A stretch of DNA of 64,000 nucleotides. Origin: Psammoneis japonica. Its lineage: Eukaryota. Below are positions 45,100-55,813 of this stretch, piece after piece. The position numbers were made by a program, and so were the translations under genes. Each line of letters opens with the position of its first letter. Positions within the stretch are counted from its first letter, which is position 1. Location of the stretch: assembly GCA_008632985.1 (NCBI GenBank), contig QPGO01000030.1:310001-374000 (forward strand), in the 5' to 3' direction. The notes under the pieces are model-generated. The model saw only the letters and a list, made by a program, of their open reading frames with translations. It did not search any database and had not been told where the DNA came from.

Positions 45100-47775
45100 C
45101 ACTCACCTCCCCAATTGCACATTAGATTCACTTGTCAAACAGCACATTTTGGAACTCCCCAAGAGTTTCTGCAATGGACAGCAGCTCTTTTTCCATTGTG
45201 GTGCATCACATCTGCACTCCATTTGGCTCTTGGCTGTGGAAGGCAACAGGTTGTTTGTCTTGGGATGTGACCTCACCCAGTTGAGAATTGCTTGCTTCTG
45301 TGTGCATTTCAAAGGGTTTGTTGAATCTTGGTGTGACAACAACACATTTTTTGATGTGATTTGCTTCAGATTTTCAAAGGCTTTTTGTTCTGTGCTTGTC
45401 CATTGCCACTTGACCTTGGTTGAGGTGAGTCTGGTCAGGCAAGTGTGTGAGATTGTCAAGGCCACATGTCTCAACAACAGCTGATCGTGCCAACAAAACA
45501 CTGGAATTCCTCATGTGAGTCTTGGGAGCAGCAAACAATTGAATTGCTTCCACTTTCTCAGGGGTCAGTTTGGTGCCTTTTTGCAAGATGTGAAACCCAA
45601 GATGGCCTGCTTTGGGTTTTGCAAAAAAGGATTTTTTGGCATTGACTTTTGAGCTGGCTTGTTCAAGCCATGTGAATGTGGTTTTGAGCTTCTGGAGGTG
45701 ATCTTTGAAGTCAACACCTTTTGTCAGACATGGTGTGTTGTCAACACACATCCTGACAAATTCTGAGCCTGCCATGAGCTCACTCTCGTGTGTTTTTAAA
45801 AATCATGTGGAGCTCCACAATTCCCGTGGGGGGCTGCAGCACTCAAATTTGCCGCAAGGCATCATTGCTGTGCACAGCCAATGCACGTGTGCGGTGTTGG
45901 CTTGACGTGGCAGCACCCCATGTTCAAATCAAGTGACATTGCATGCATGAAGCCCTTGAGCTTCTGCAGCATGTCGCGAACATTGAGCAGGGGATGTGGA
46001 GCATGCATTGACCTCCAACTCAACTCACAAAAGTTGGGTGAAAATCAAACTCCACCATTTTTCTTGGGTTGAAGAAAGGTTGGAGCTGCCCACTCTGAGT
46101 GGTTTGTTTTTCTTGAGACTCTCAGTTCACAAAGTCTTTTGCCTTTCTTTCTGGTGGCTGCCTGATCAACTGGCTTTCCAGCCCATGTGCCTGAAGAGCT
46201 GTTGAAAAGATTTTCAAATCTTTTTGGAAGAACAAAGTTCAGTTGCTTCTGCTCCTACGGAATGAGGTGAGTTGCTGCTGCAGTCACATTGCTGATGTTG
46301 GCAGCATGACAGTCAGCATCAAGGATCCTGGGTGTTGACCCTGTCATTGAGACACTTTCCATGGCACAAGATTCCTCAATGTGATTGGCAATCAGCTTGA
46401 AGACCTCAGCATCAAAGAAAACATCCACACACTCTTCATTGGTGCAGTTGCATCTTCCCATTTAATTCCTTCATTTGCGATGTTGAGCATGACTCCAAGA
46501 CTGCTCATCAAGTTTTGCCCCATGATCACATCATGTTGACATGAAGAAAAGAAGGAATGCTGCCACATGTGCCATCTTCTCAATCATTTCATGCTTGTCC
46601 AATTCAGGCAATGAGAACTGCACCCTGCATTTGCCATTGGTTGTAAAGAGCCCTCCCTTGGTTTCCCAAGTTTTGGTGGCAGATTCTTCAGTTCTCATTT
46701 TTGGCGTGAATTTGCACAAAATTGTGGTTGATGACATTCTGCTGTCAAGAAGAACACCCAGAGCAATGATTGCTGGACTGGCATCAGTTGTTTTGGCCCT
46801 TTTTTTTTGGGCTTCCTGACATCCAGTGATGTTCTTGACCACTTGTCAACAGGTGCCAGTCATTCCTTGGATTTGCTGCGTGTCATCCTGTCAAGTTGGC
46901 AGTTTTCTTCACTGAGATTGTCAGCACCAGAATCTTCACCCTGGCGCTTTCTGTCACTCTTCAACAAAGTTGCCTTGAGAGTTTCATTGATTGTCTGAGC
47001 AATCATGGTGTTCAACTCTTCCTTGTGAGAGGTGTTTCTATTGTCATGGCATGACCACGTGCAATTGTGCCATTTGAATGTTGTCATTTTGGGCTCTGCT
47101 CAGAATTCTCAAGGCATTCCTTCAGCTGGTCTTTTGGTGAAAAGGAGGACAGAACTTGCATTCTTCATTGACCTCCTGAGTCCATGCAGTGTTTTCTTGA
47201 ATCTTTGCTCACTCTGGTTTCTTAAGATCATCCCAGTGCAGATGTGGCTTCTGGTTTTGAAGTGCATTCTTTGGGAAGACATGGTTTGAGAGATGATGCA
47301 GACATTTTTTGAAAGATCCTTTGGCTTCTTTGTCATCCATGTTTGTCACCTTGTTTCTCAAAAATTCAAAGAGTGTCTCCCTGCAACAACATGTGCACAA
47401 GCCAGAGCTCATCAGCTTGCTTGTGAATTTTCTGTCCAACCAAGACTTGGTGACATGTTTTGAGGATTTCAGTGCACTTGGGGACACTCCTTGTTTGTTG
47501 CAGTGCTCAACATTGACCATGCAGGCATGACTCTTCTTGTCCTTGGGGTGAAAGCACTGTTCGATCTTGAGGCACTGACTTGGTTTGAGCATCTTTGGCT
47601 TGGAAATTGACTCCAATGGCACAGGAACAATCTTCTCCTGCTTGATGATGGAAGACTTGTTGGCTGCAACATGAGGTGAAAGCTTCATTTTTGTGTTTTT
47701 ACCTTCTGCAGTGTGTGTGCACAATGCACTGTGCACAAGAAATGAGTGCAAACAAAAGTGGAATGGATCGCACAA
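45100..47775 (-). pseudogene. Ty3/gypsy LTR retrotransposon gag-protease-RT-RNase H relic (integrase not seen)
   Basis: Protease VLLDSRMSSTTI...WETKGGLFTTNGKCRVQFSLPEL and HDVIMGQNLMSSLG. RT FVRMCVDNTPCLT...KVNAKKSFFAKPKAGHLGFHI (decayed YIDD...YLG). Linker WQWTSTEQKAFENLK and RNase H start LLSHQDSTNP. Confidence 0.88.
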
Positions 47776-47836
47776 AGTGGAAAATCATGAGATTAGATTT
47801 TATTCTGAGATTTGAAGTTTCTCCAAATGAGCTGTC

Positions 47837-49140
47837 AATGGCCTGAAGCTTTTGCACTGCTTCCATGGACTGAAAGCCTGATGGAGAATCAGATCATGAC
47901 AACAGATTGTCTGGATGCAAGCACAATTCTGCCTTGGTTTCATGGCCACAAACCCTGCATGTTTTTCTGTGCAAGCTCTGGCACTGATGTTGCCTTTTTC
48001 AGATGGCACAACAATGGTTCTCACCTGCCTGTTCAGATGTGTTCTCACATTGACATTGTGCCTTCGTTCTGTGATCATTGGCAATCTCATGCAGTGGGAG
48101 GTGATTGGCATCAAGCCCCCTCTTGGTTCATTTGCCCAGCACTCTTCTTGGCACATTTTGTTCTTGCATGCAAAGTTTCTGCTTCTGCATGTTCTGCAAG
48201 TCATTTCAGATGGATGACTTGCCAAGCTGCCAATTGCTCTCTCTCCACACCTCTCAAGCATCAACAACCCCCCTTCTTCCTGCTGTCCATTTGAGTTTCC
48301 TGAGTCATGTGGTGGACATTTGCCCATCGTTGCCGTTTTCACAAGTTTGAAGATGACACCAACAACCAACTCAGCATGCATTGGCCATTCTTCCATGCAC
48401 CGGCAAGTCTGCACAAGTTTCAGTGCAAGCTCCATGTGTCTTGAAGGTCATTTTGGACAATTGACATGCCAAATTGCTGACTGCTCTTGGTCCATGCCTC
48501 TTTGGCATCAACAACCCCCCCCTTCTTCCCATTGCCTGCTTGAGTTCTCTGCTCCATGCTGTGAACAATCCTTTGTTGTTGCTGCTCCCAGAAGCACAAA
48601 TTTCAGCCCAGTTCAGCACAAGTTGGTGGTCAGTTTGTGTCCCTTTCTTTGTCATGTTGAAGCTGTTCCAGACTGCCTGTTTTGCCTTTGCCATCAGACC
48701 CAAACCCAGGAAGATGGCCTGATCAAAGCATTGAGAGCTTTCCTTTTGAAATCTGATTTTGCTGGTTGCTCCTGTTTTTGTTGTTGTCAGCTGTTTCCAG
48801 CAGGCACCACAGCCTTGTGGCATCATTCTTGACTGATTGTTGTGAGCCCCTGCCACATCACATGATGTGCTGGGGGTGTGGGTCAGATTGTTGCCAGAGT
48901 TGCTGGTTGGAAGCACAGAAGCACTTTAAAATGTAGAATTTGGGTTTTGCTTTTTGTCCGGATGCAGTCAACATCGACATCTCATGGGTCATTGTCATTG
49001 TTTGATTGCATTTGCAATTTTTGACATCTGATCACATCTGTGTGATTGATCTGTCTTTTGTGCACATCCACAATTGTGGTGCAATTGACACACACAACAA
49101 CACACAATTGTGAATGTGCACAATTCCTTCTGCTTGACAA
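47837..49140. repeat. LTR-like direct repeat, copy 2, split by a ~1.04 kb insertion (~47920-48955)
   Basis: The two halves of copy 1 are separated here. tgtc(t/c)ggatgca occurs at both insertion junctions. Confidence 0.65.
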
Positions 49141-49399
49141 CACATGCTGCAGCACATGTGCTCTCAGGGACTCTGTGCTCTTGTCACTTGTGGTCACATT
49201 GCTCCTCCACAACACATCATCTGAACTCCACACTCTTGCAAACCCAGCTCCAAACAAGGGGCTCCAATGCGCTCATTTGTTGGTGGGTTGGATTTTGAAA
49301 GCACATCTGTGCCAACTCCAATTTCCCACAGCTGTGAACAACTGTCTGATTTAGCCACTGCCCCCTGTGAACACTTTTTGACATTGCTTCATGATGGCT

Positions 49400-50430
49400 C
49401 AACTTGATTTGTCATCAAGACCTTTGAAAGCCCTGGCATGCTGTTCTTGTGACATGTCTCACAGTTGCTTCATGCGCAAAATGCTGATGAGAGAGTTCCT
49501 GCTGATTGAGCACAAGGTCACAGTCAAAATGACAGCATCCACTCCAAACATCTTCTTCAGCAGCAAGTCAGTCTCATCTTTGCTCAACTCTGCATCTGAC
49601 AATCCTGTTCCCTTTTCCAATTTTCTGTGCACAAAGCCACCACAGCATTCTGGGTCAGTGCAACCAGAGTGATTGCCACAAGACAAAGAAACATATTTGG
49701 AATGTTCTTTTCCATTTTCAGAACTTTCTTGTTGGTTGGTCTCTTCTCTTGTTGGTCCCATGAAATTGCCTTCAATGCTGTCCAGCAGTGTGCCTTGGAT
49801 GTCGGAGGTCACAGCTGCACTGTTGAAGCTCTTGTCTTTCTTTTTCTCATTGTGCAACAAATCAGCAGAGTTCTTCCCAGTGTGAGCAGCACATGAGAAC
49901 ATTTCTGACTGACTCATGACCTTGGGACCAGTTGTTTTGACTTGCTTTTGTTGCAAACAGCTGTCTCCTTTTGATTCGCCATTGCTTGTGGACAGATGCA
50001 AAAACATGGAAGCACAATCTCCCAAACATTTGCCGCTCTTGTTGAGGAGCAAGTCTTTTCCAAACTGCTCTAGCATGCACTCCTTTTGGCAACTGCAGGA
50101 CCATTTGAGTTGCTGGTGCACTCACTGTCATGCTTTCCAGCCAGCAAACCTGGTTTTTTCTCACCATTTTTCAATGCTTTGTGCATCACTTGGCAACATT
50201 TCACACAAGCTGTGCAAGAAATGCTGACAGCAACAGGCAATGACAGCACATGAGAGATCAGAGCAGCCGTGCTTTGGGCCCCTGCAGAGTGGTTTCCAGC
50301 CACATTCTCAGGTGGAGCCACATCCATCCATTGCTGCTGATGCCTTTGTTGTGCAGTGCACATTGCTGTTGGCCCCACTTCCACTTTTGATTGCATGTCA
50401 GTCTTTGTCAAAGTGTTGGGGCATGACATT
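49400..50430 (-). pseudogene. Possible Mutator-like transposase relic
   Basis: Ordered decayed motifs GNHSAGAQSTAA (cf. NHxGSxxxME), DLLHNEK (cf. DxxHxxK) and CGNHSGC (cf. GxHxxC). Recognition is tentative. Confidence 0.35.
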
Positions 50431-51843
50431 GCAGCTTCTTTCTCTTGCCTGTGGTTGTTCTTTGTTGCTTTGTTCTGCTTCCTTTAGCAGCAAGCACTCT
50501 GTGTGTGCACCTTGTCTGTCTTTTTTGTCAGGTTGTTTGCAGTTGGTGCAAGAACCCCTGCACCACCCTTGTGCCATTCAAGAATGCTTGCACAGAATTG
50601 ATGCACGGGCACAGACACACGTTCAGCCTGGATTGTCCGCATGAGAAACTCTTTTCTTTAAGAACATCTCTTGTCCTTGCATGCACAGCTGTGTGAAACT
50701 TGTCCTTTTCATTGCAAGCTGTGCAACAGTGTGTGACAGCAGAGCCCAGCCCAGCCCGTCCTTCTTGAACTCAACCAACTTTAGATTGGGTGAGAGCGAC
50801 ACTTTGCTTTGCAACATTTGTGATGGTTAAAAGCCCAGTGCAGAAGAAGTCCAAATTTGTGGATTTCTGTGCATTGTGGCACACCTTCTGGTGTGCGCCT
50901 TTACAGCCAATGGGGCAACTCATCAGAGTTGCAAGGTGGGGCCTGGCTCTCTTTGTTGCCTTTGTTGTCAATGGCTTCAAACTCATTGAAAATGTGCCTC
51001 ACATGACTTCTGATTTTTTGTCAGTTGAAGTCAAGAAATTGGAGGTGGCATCAGGCTTGCAATTGAGATGTTTGTCTTTTGGCGTGTCATGCATTGTTGC
51101 ACCCAGACAGCAGCATCGCAATCCATGCAGCGGAGCACAATTTTGGCTGCTCCTTTCACATGCAGGTTCCCAAGGTCATGTCTGAAGTCTGCAACTGCAG
51201 CTTGACTGTCTGTGCCACATGCAAGAAGAGTCTTTCTCAGATCCTGTTGTGGGGAGGCACCAATGCTTCACTCTGTGTTGCCAAGGGAATTAAACACTTG
51301 GAGCAACTTTGTCCAATGAAGCCACAACTGTGAGTGTTCATTTGTGACCGGGCGACTTGTGAGCAACGGCAGAACAACTGGATGAAAGCGACCGGGACAA
51401 AAGGAAGCAACATGCCGCCCGGATGTGAGCAATGGCACGGATGTGAATCGTATGTGTGTTGCGTCCCGATCGGACGTTTGTTGATGGGTTGTGTGGAGGG
51501 AGGAGGGAAGGAAGCTGACAGCATCTAAATTCGTGGCGTTATAGAATTTTTTTAACATTCCTGTCTCAACAATGATGGTAGAATCTTCTTTCTGTATGGC
51601 TCTCAAACACCTCGTAACATCTTTCGTTTTGACTCTTCTCATGCTGTTCAACACAGGTTAACTGAAGCAAGACCCATGGGATCATTGCAAGTAGTAAGGT
51701 TGGCAGTTGGGTTTACTACTTTAAACGTCGTAAGCTAGCTCCATCGCTAAACGTTAGAGCCAATGAAGCAAGATTTTTTTTCTCTGCAGCATTAATTTCA
51801 AATGGTACAAGAGAGAAAAGTGCCTTTGAAGGGTCTATTTGCT

Positions 51844-52760
51844 TTAACCAAGGAGCGGTTCGTTGTAAAGGAGATGCTGCACGACGGCACCGGTAATTGC
51901 AATCATTGCAAGGCGGCAGTGAACAATTTCTTGTTCCATGCGCTTGGCTTTCTCAGCATCAGACATTTTGTCTAGGAGGCCGGGGAAATCCCAGCCGATA
52001 TCACCGGGGGTACCCTCGCCGTAGTGCTTGTTGAAGTTGGCGAGCTCAATACATGCGATAAAAGCAAAGACCTGCATGTTTCCTACAAAGCCAACGGAGC
52101 TGACAGCACCAAAGGGGTCAGTGTTAGTGAACTGATCCCCTGGGAAGTGTACACCGGCCTCTTGGACGAGCATTCCGACAATCGCAAGCATGGAAATACG
52201 TCCATGCTTGAGCTCGGCCCAACGAGCGTACTTGAGATCAGTCTGAATCTCGGAAAGACCCATAGGATCAAATCCCATGTCTCCGGGCATGGATCCATCA
52301 AGCTTTTCCGGTCGGACCAAGAAAGGAATGGACTTGGACATCTCTGCGTTCAGGGACACATCGTTGGTCCTCGGGGAAGACTGTTATGGTGACCAGAGGA
52401 AACAAAGCGCAATCACGTATGTGAGAAGAGCGAGGATAATTGTCACTCAAAGCATTGGCAATGGCGAGGTGTCTTTAGAAGTTCTTCCATCATTCCGACA
52501 TAAGCATGATTGGGAATTCAAGATGCGACATAGGTTGTTAGATCTTCAAGAAAATCCGCAGCAGCAGAGCGCAATTAAAGTACAGTCACTTCTCTGTGTG
52601 CTGTCGCGGGTTGGAACTAGAGTGCGCATTTCACCGCGTTCACAATCTTCTTTGTGGCAAATCAAGATCGATGCAAAATACCAATACCTACCACAGAAGC
52701 AGGAGCAAAAGCAGCTGCGGAAGCCAAGAGAGCGGAAAGACAGATTGTCCGGAGCACCAT
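51844..52760 (-). CDS. Lhcr: Light-harvesting fucoxanthin-chlorophyll protein, Lhcr-type (intron 52381-52691)
   Basis: Exon 1 MVLRTICLSALLASAAAFAPASV (ASAFAP motif), then GFDPMGL, AELKHGRISMLA and EIVHCRLAMIA. Confidence 0.92.
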
Positions 52761-53171
52761 GGTCAAAAACGTGGAGAGCTCGATGCAATGTGCCCAGCTG
52801 ATCCGTTCTTTTTGGTCCAGAGGAGAAGACGTAGAAACCATACGAAGGATCGCGACGTAAGCTCCCGATCACTTTGGATCGCGAGTTGAAAGCTTCAACT
52901 CCACCACAGGAATGTGGAATGCAAGAATCACAATATCTTCGAAACTTGTCACCACGTCATATGATCGACTCGTCCGACTAAGTTCATCTTGCGTTGTCTC
53001 GGCCCAAAGCAACTTCCAGGGAATAAGAGTTTTTGAGGCGAGCCTGAGCAGAAACTGCACATCTCCATACCTTACTGAAAATGCATGACCACAACTGCAG
53101 CTGAAACAAAGAAGTTAAAAGAAGTTCTAGAATGTAAAGTTAGTGTTATATTCCCGTGAACGAGCGGTTCT

Positions 53172-54025
53172 TTACATGGACCAGTTTGCCTCGAGAGGTG
53201 CCATTACCTCTCCACTGTAAGGTTTCACGACATCAGTGAGAAGGGGAACAGATCCTGGAATAGTTTGCGCGCAAAGGAAACCAAAGATTCCAAGCTGGGC
53301 AAGACGACCATTGTTGATCTCAGCGCGGAGACGTTTCTCTTTTGTCTCATCCGACATGTTCTTGGACATGTTAAAGGGGTCGTAGAGGTTGAATGGCACC
53401 GAATGGGGAATTCCATCAAATGTCGGGTATTTACCAGGCTGCCCGCCCTTAGTGTAGTGGGTAATACCGGTGTCAGCACCCTCACCTGGGGTGAGTTCAG
53501 AGTACCACTCAAGGAATCCAATGAACGCGAGGATCTGCAACTTGGCAACAAGGGGGAGAGCGTCCCATTGTTCCGGGGGAGAGAGAGAAGTGGAAGGGAA
53601 GGGTTCTCCGCCCAATGTCATCGCCCAGGGGAACACGAAATTACTTTGCACAACGTATCCGACAAAAGCAGCCATAGCAACGCGGCCGTGCTTGATCTCA
53701 GAGTGCCGAAGCCATCCAATAGTGCGAGCTTCGTCGAATCCCCAGAAACCGGCATCTGCGAGTGAAAGGGGGTCGAAGTATCCAATGACGGGGTTAAGTT
53801 TTTTGCCAAGATCCTCAAGGTCGGCCTGATGAAACGAATCATTGAGGAAGCGAAATGACATGGTTGAGCTTCATGAATTGCAACCGTTATTGTCCGTTGA
53901 AGTCAGCAAGATCTGGATTTTACCTTAGATTCTTGAAGAGAAGTAGTCGCCTTGCTGGATGTAGAAGGGGCAAAGGCAGCGGCAGAGCCGGCCATGAGAG
54001 CAGTGGCAACCGTGGCAAATTTCAT
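53172..54025 (-). CDS. Light-harvesting chlorophyll a/c protein (intron 53826-53923)
   Basis: Exon 1 MKFATVATALMAGSAAAFAPSTSSKATTSLQESK, then YFDPL, SEIKHGRVAMAA and AEINNGRLAQLG. Confidence 0.93.
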
Positions 54026-54414
54026 CTTGATGATAAAAAAGGTTGGACATTGTGATCGGAATCAGATGCGACGTTGCTTTCGTGAAGTTCGCCCGCGCGC
54101 ACAAGGATTTGTTTTCGCAGAGTTCAACTTGGAATCGGGAATCGGGAACCAACCCACTCGAGCTCACAAAACCTACAGTATCCATACATACCGGTACACT
54201 GGTTGAAATGGCTCGTTTATTGTTATTTCGCTCATCACTCATCATCCATCATTCATCATTTTCATCGTATTTTCTCATCGTTCATCGCAAAACGCAAAAA
54301 CCAATCACCACCCATCGCAAACAACACCGGCCTGCGTCAACAGAGCGCGAGACCTGACGATGAGTTGATCCTAATTGAATACCGGTATGATAATTGGTAA
54401 ATTCCGTTGACAGC

Positions 54415-55401
54415 ATGGTGATTGAACAGCAAGAAAACGAACGACGCATTCAGAATACCCCGTCAGCTCAAGCAGCTGGGTTTTGTGTCGAAACCAATTC
54501 GTCGACAGGTTTACCACCAGATTTAGTGCCGTTAGTCAGCAGGAGTACCAGAGCATCTTCTCGAAAAAATCGCGTCTACGTTGTGCGAGAGTTTTTGTTG
54601 CACGCATTTGGTGATTATCTTACAAAGGGATCGACCGTGCTTGATGTTGCGGGGGGGAAGGGCGACTTTTCTTGGCTCTTGACTAATGTTGATGGTCTCG
54701 ATTCGGTTGTGGCCGATCCACGTCTCACGAACCATTCCCACCTTATCAAATCAGTGAGATTCCTAAAAGAAAATCCCAGTGAAGCCACCATTCGAGCAGT
54801 GCCAGGTGTGCCTACCCATCAACCATTGGCCGCGCTAGTCCCAAAGCTCGAGCACAAGTACCGTGCTCCAAAGCACCTACGAATGTTGGTTGATGCTGCC
54901 CTTGTCGATGCAGTTAGACAAGCGCTTCAGGGCACGGATGAATGCAATGCACAGTGGCAAGCATTTTGGGGAACATCAATTGAAAGGGCAAAGAATGCAA
55001 GAACGCTTGGCTATCTTCAAGATGGCACATCAGATCAACAGGTTTCGTCGGCCGCTGATGCCTTGCGCATAATTCTTTCCACCCGAATCATTGTTGGATT
55101 TCATCCGGACCAAGCTACTGAAGCATGTATTGACTTGGCTTTACTTCTTCAAATACCGTTTTGTGTTTGTCCCTGCTGTGTGTTTCCTTCTGAATTTCCG
55201 GATCGGCGTTGGAATGGGCGGCGAGTTCGCGCGTATGATGAGCTGATACAATACCTTCTTAACAAGCACCCTTCGATACGCATGGAAACAATGAACTTTC
55301 ATCAAACAAGTACAGCTCGAAACATTGTTCTCTACCTGCTTCCTTCTGATTTGAAAAGTCCGAAGGCCACAAAGTCTAACACAGCGCTGACCACAGTGTA
55401 G
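54415..55401 (+). CDS. SAM-dependent methyltransferase-like protein
   Basis: VLDVAGGKG, VGFHPDQATE and CVCPCCVFP motifs. Confidence 0.75.
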   Translation: MVIEQQENERRIQNTPSAQAAGFCVETNSSTGLPPDLVPLVSRSTRASSRKNRVYVVREFLLHAFGDYLTKGSTVLDVAGGKGDFSWLLTNVDGLDSVVADPRLTNHSHLIKSVRFLKENPSEATIRAVPGVPTHQPLAALVPKLEHKYRAPKHLRMLVDAALVDAVRQALQGTDECNAQWQAFWGTSIERAKNARTLGYLQDGTSDQQVSSAADALRIILSTRIIVGFHPDQATEACIDLALLLQIPFCVCPCCVFPSEFPDRRWNGRRVRAYDELIQYLLNKHPSIRMETMNFHQTSTARNIVLYLLPSDLKSPKATKSNTALTTV

Positions 55402-55813
55402 AGGAGCGTGAACACTGGTTCCTGCATGTTAACGATTTCAACACCGCACTGACAGTTCCCATTCCGACCGCATTTTGACTGTTTTACAAAGTAGCAGTCT
55501 ATGTAGGTCTGCAGAGGTGCTGTAACCGATGATGATTACGGTACGTCGCTATTCCTACTCGCTCTCTCTCTAGCTAGCGGGCGACGGGCGACGGTTGGAC
55601 AAATTTTGGCGCGAGTTGTTAGCTCTAGAAATCTACGTCACCTTTTTTTTTAAATATTTCATATTAGAGTCTGAATATAATTTTGTTTCCAAATTCAATT
55701 TCCGTCCACCCGAACTCACAACATGATGTGACTCAGCCACTCTGGAACTCTTTCATCAAGAAGGGAACAAAATAAATAAGATTCGCATCTACAGGAGAAG
55801 CCTCCTGTCAACA

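Larger units (their letters stand above)
42130..51450. mobile_element. TpA/CpG-depleted island 3: nest of decayed transposons
   Basis: Same dinucleotide signature as islands 1 and 2. Contains a gypsy relic and other fragments. Confidence 0.85.

Noticed and set aside
29600..51450. Dozens of 60-250 aa ORFs inside islands 2 and 3 as real genes
   Set aside because: They overlap in all frames and are almost Tyr-free. They are the expected result of TAA/TAG loss in decayed repeats.
18600..51450. Classical fungal RIP as the explanation for the islands
   Set aside because: RIP raises TpA and depletes CpA. Here TpA is lost and CpA/TpG are in excess.
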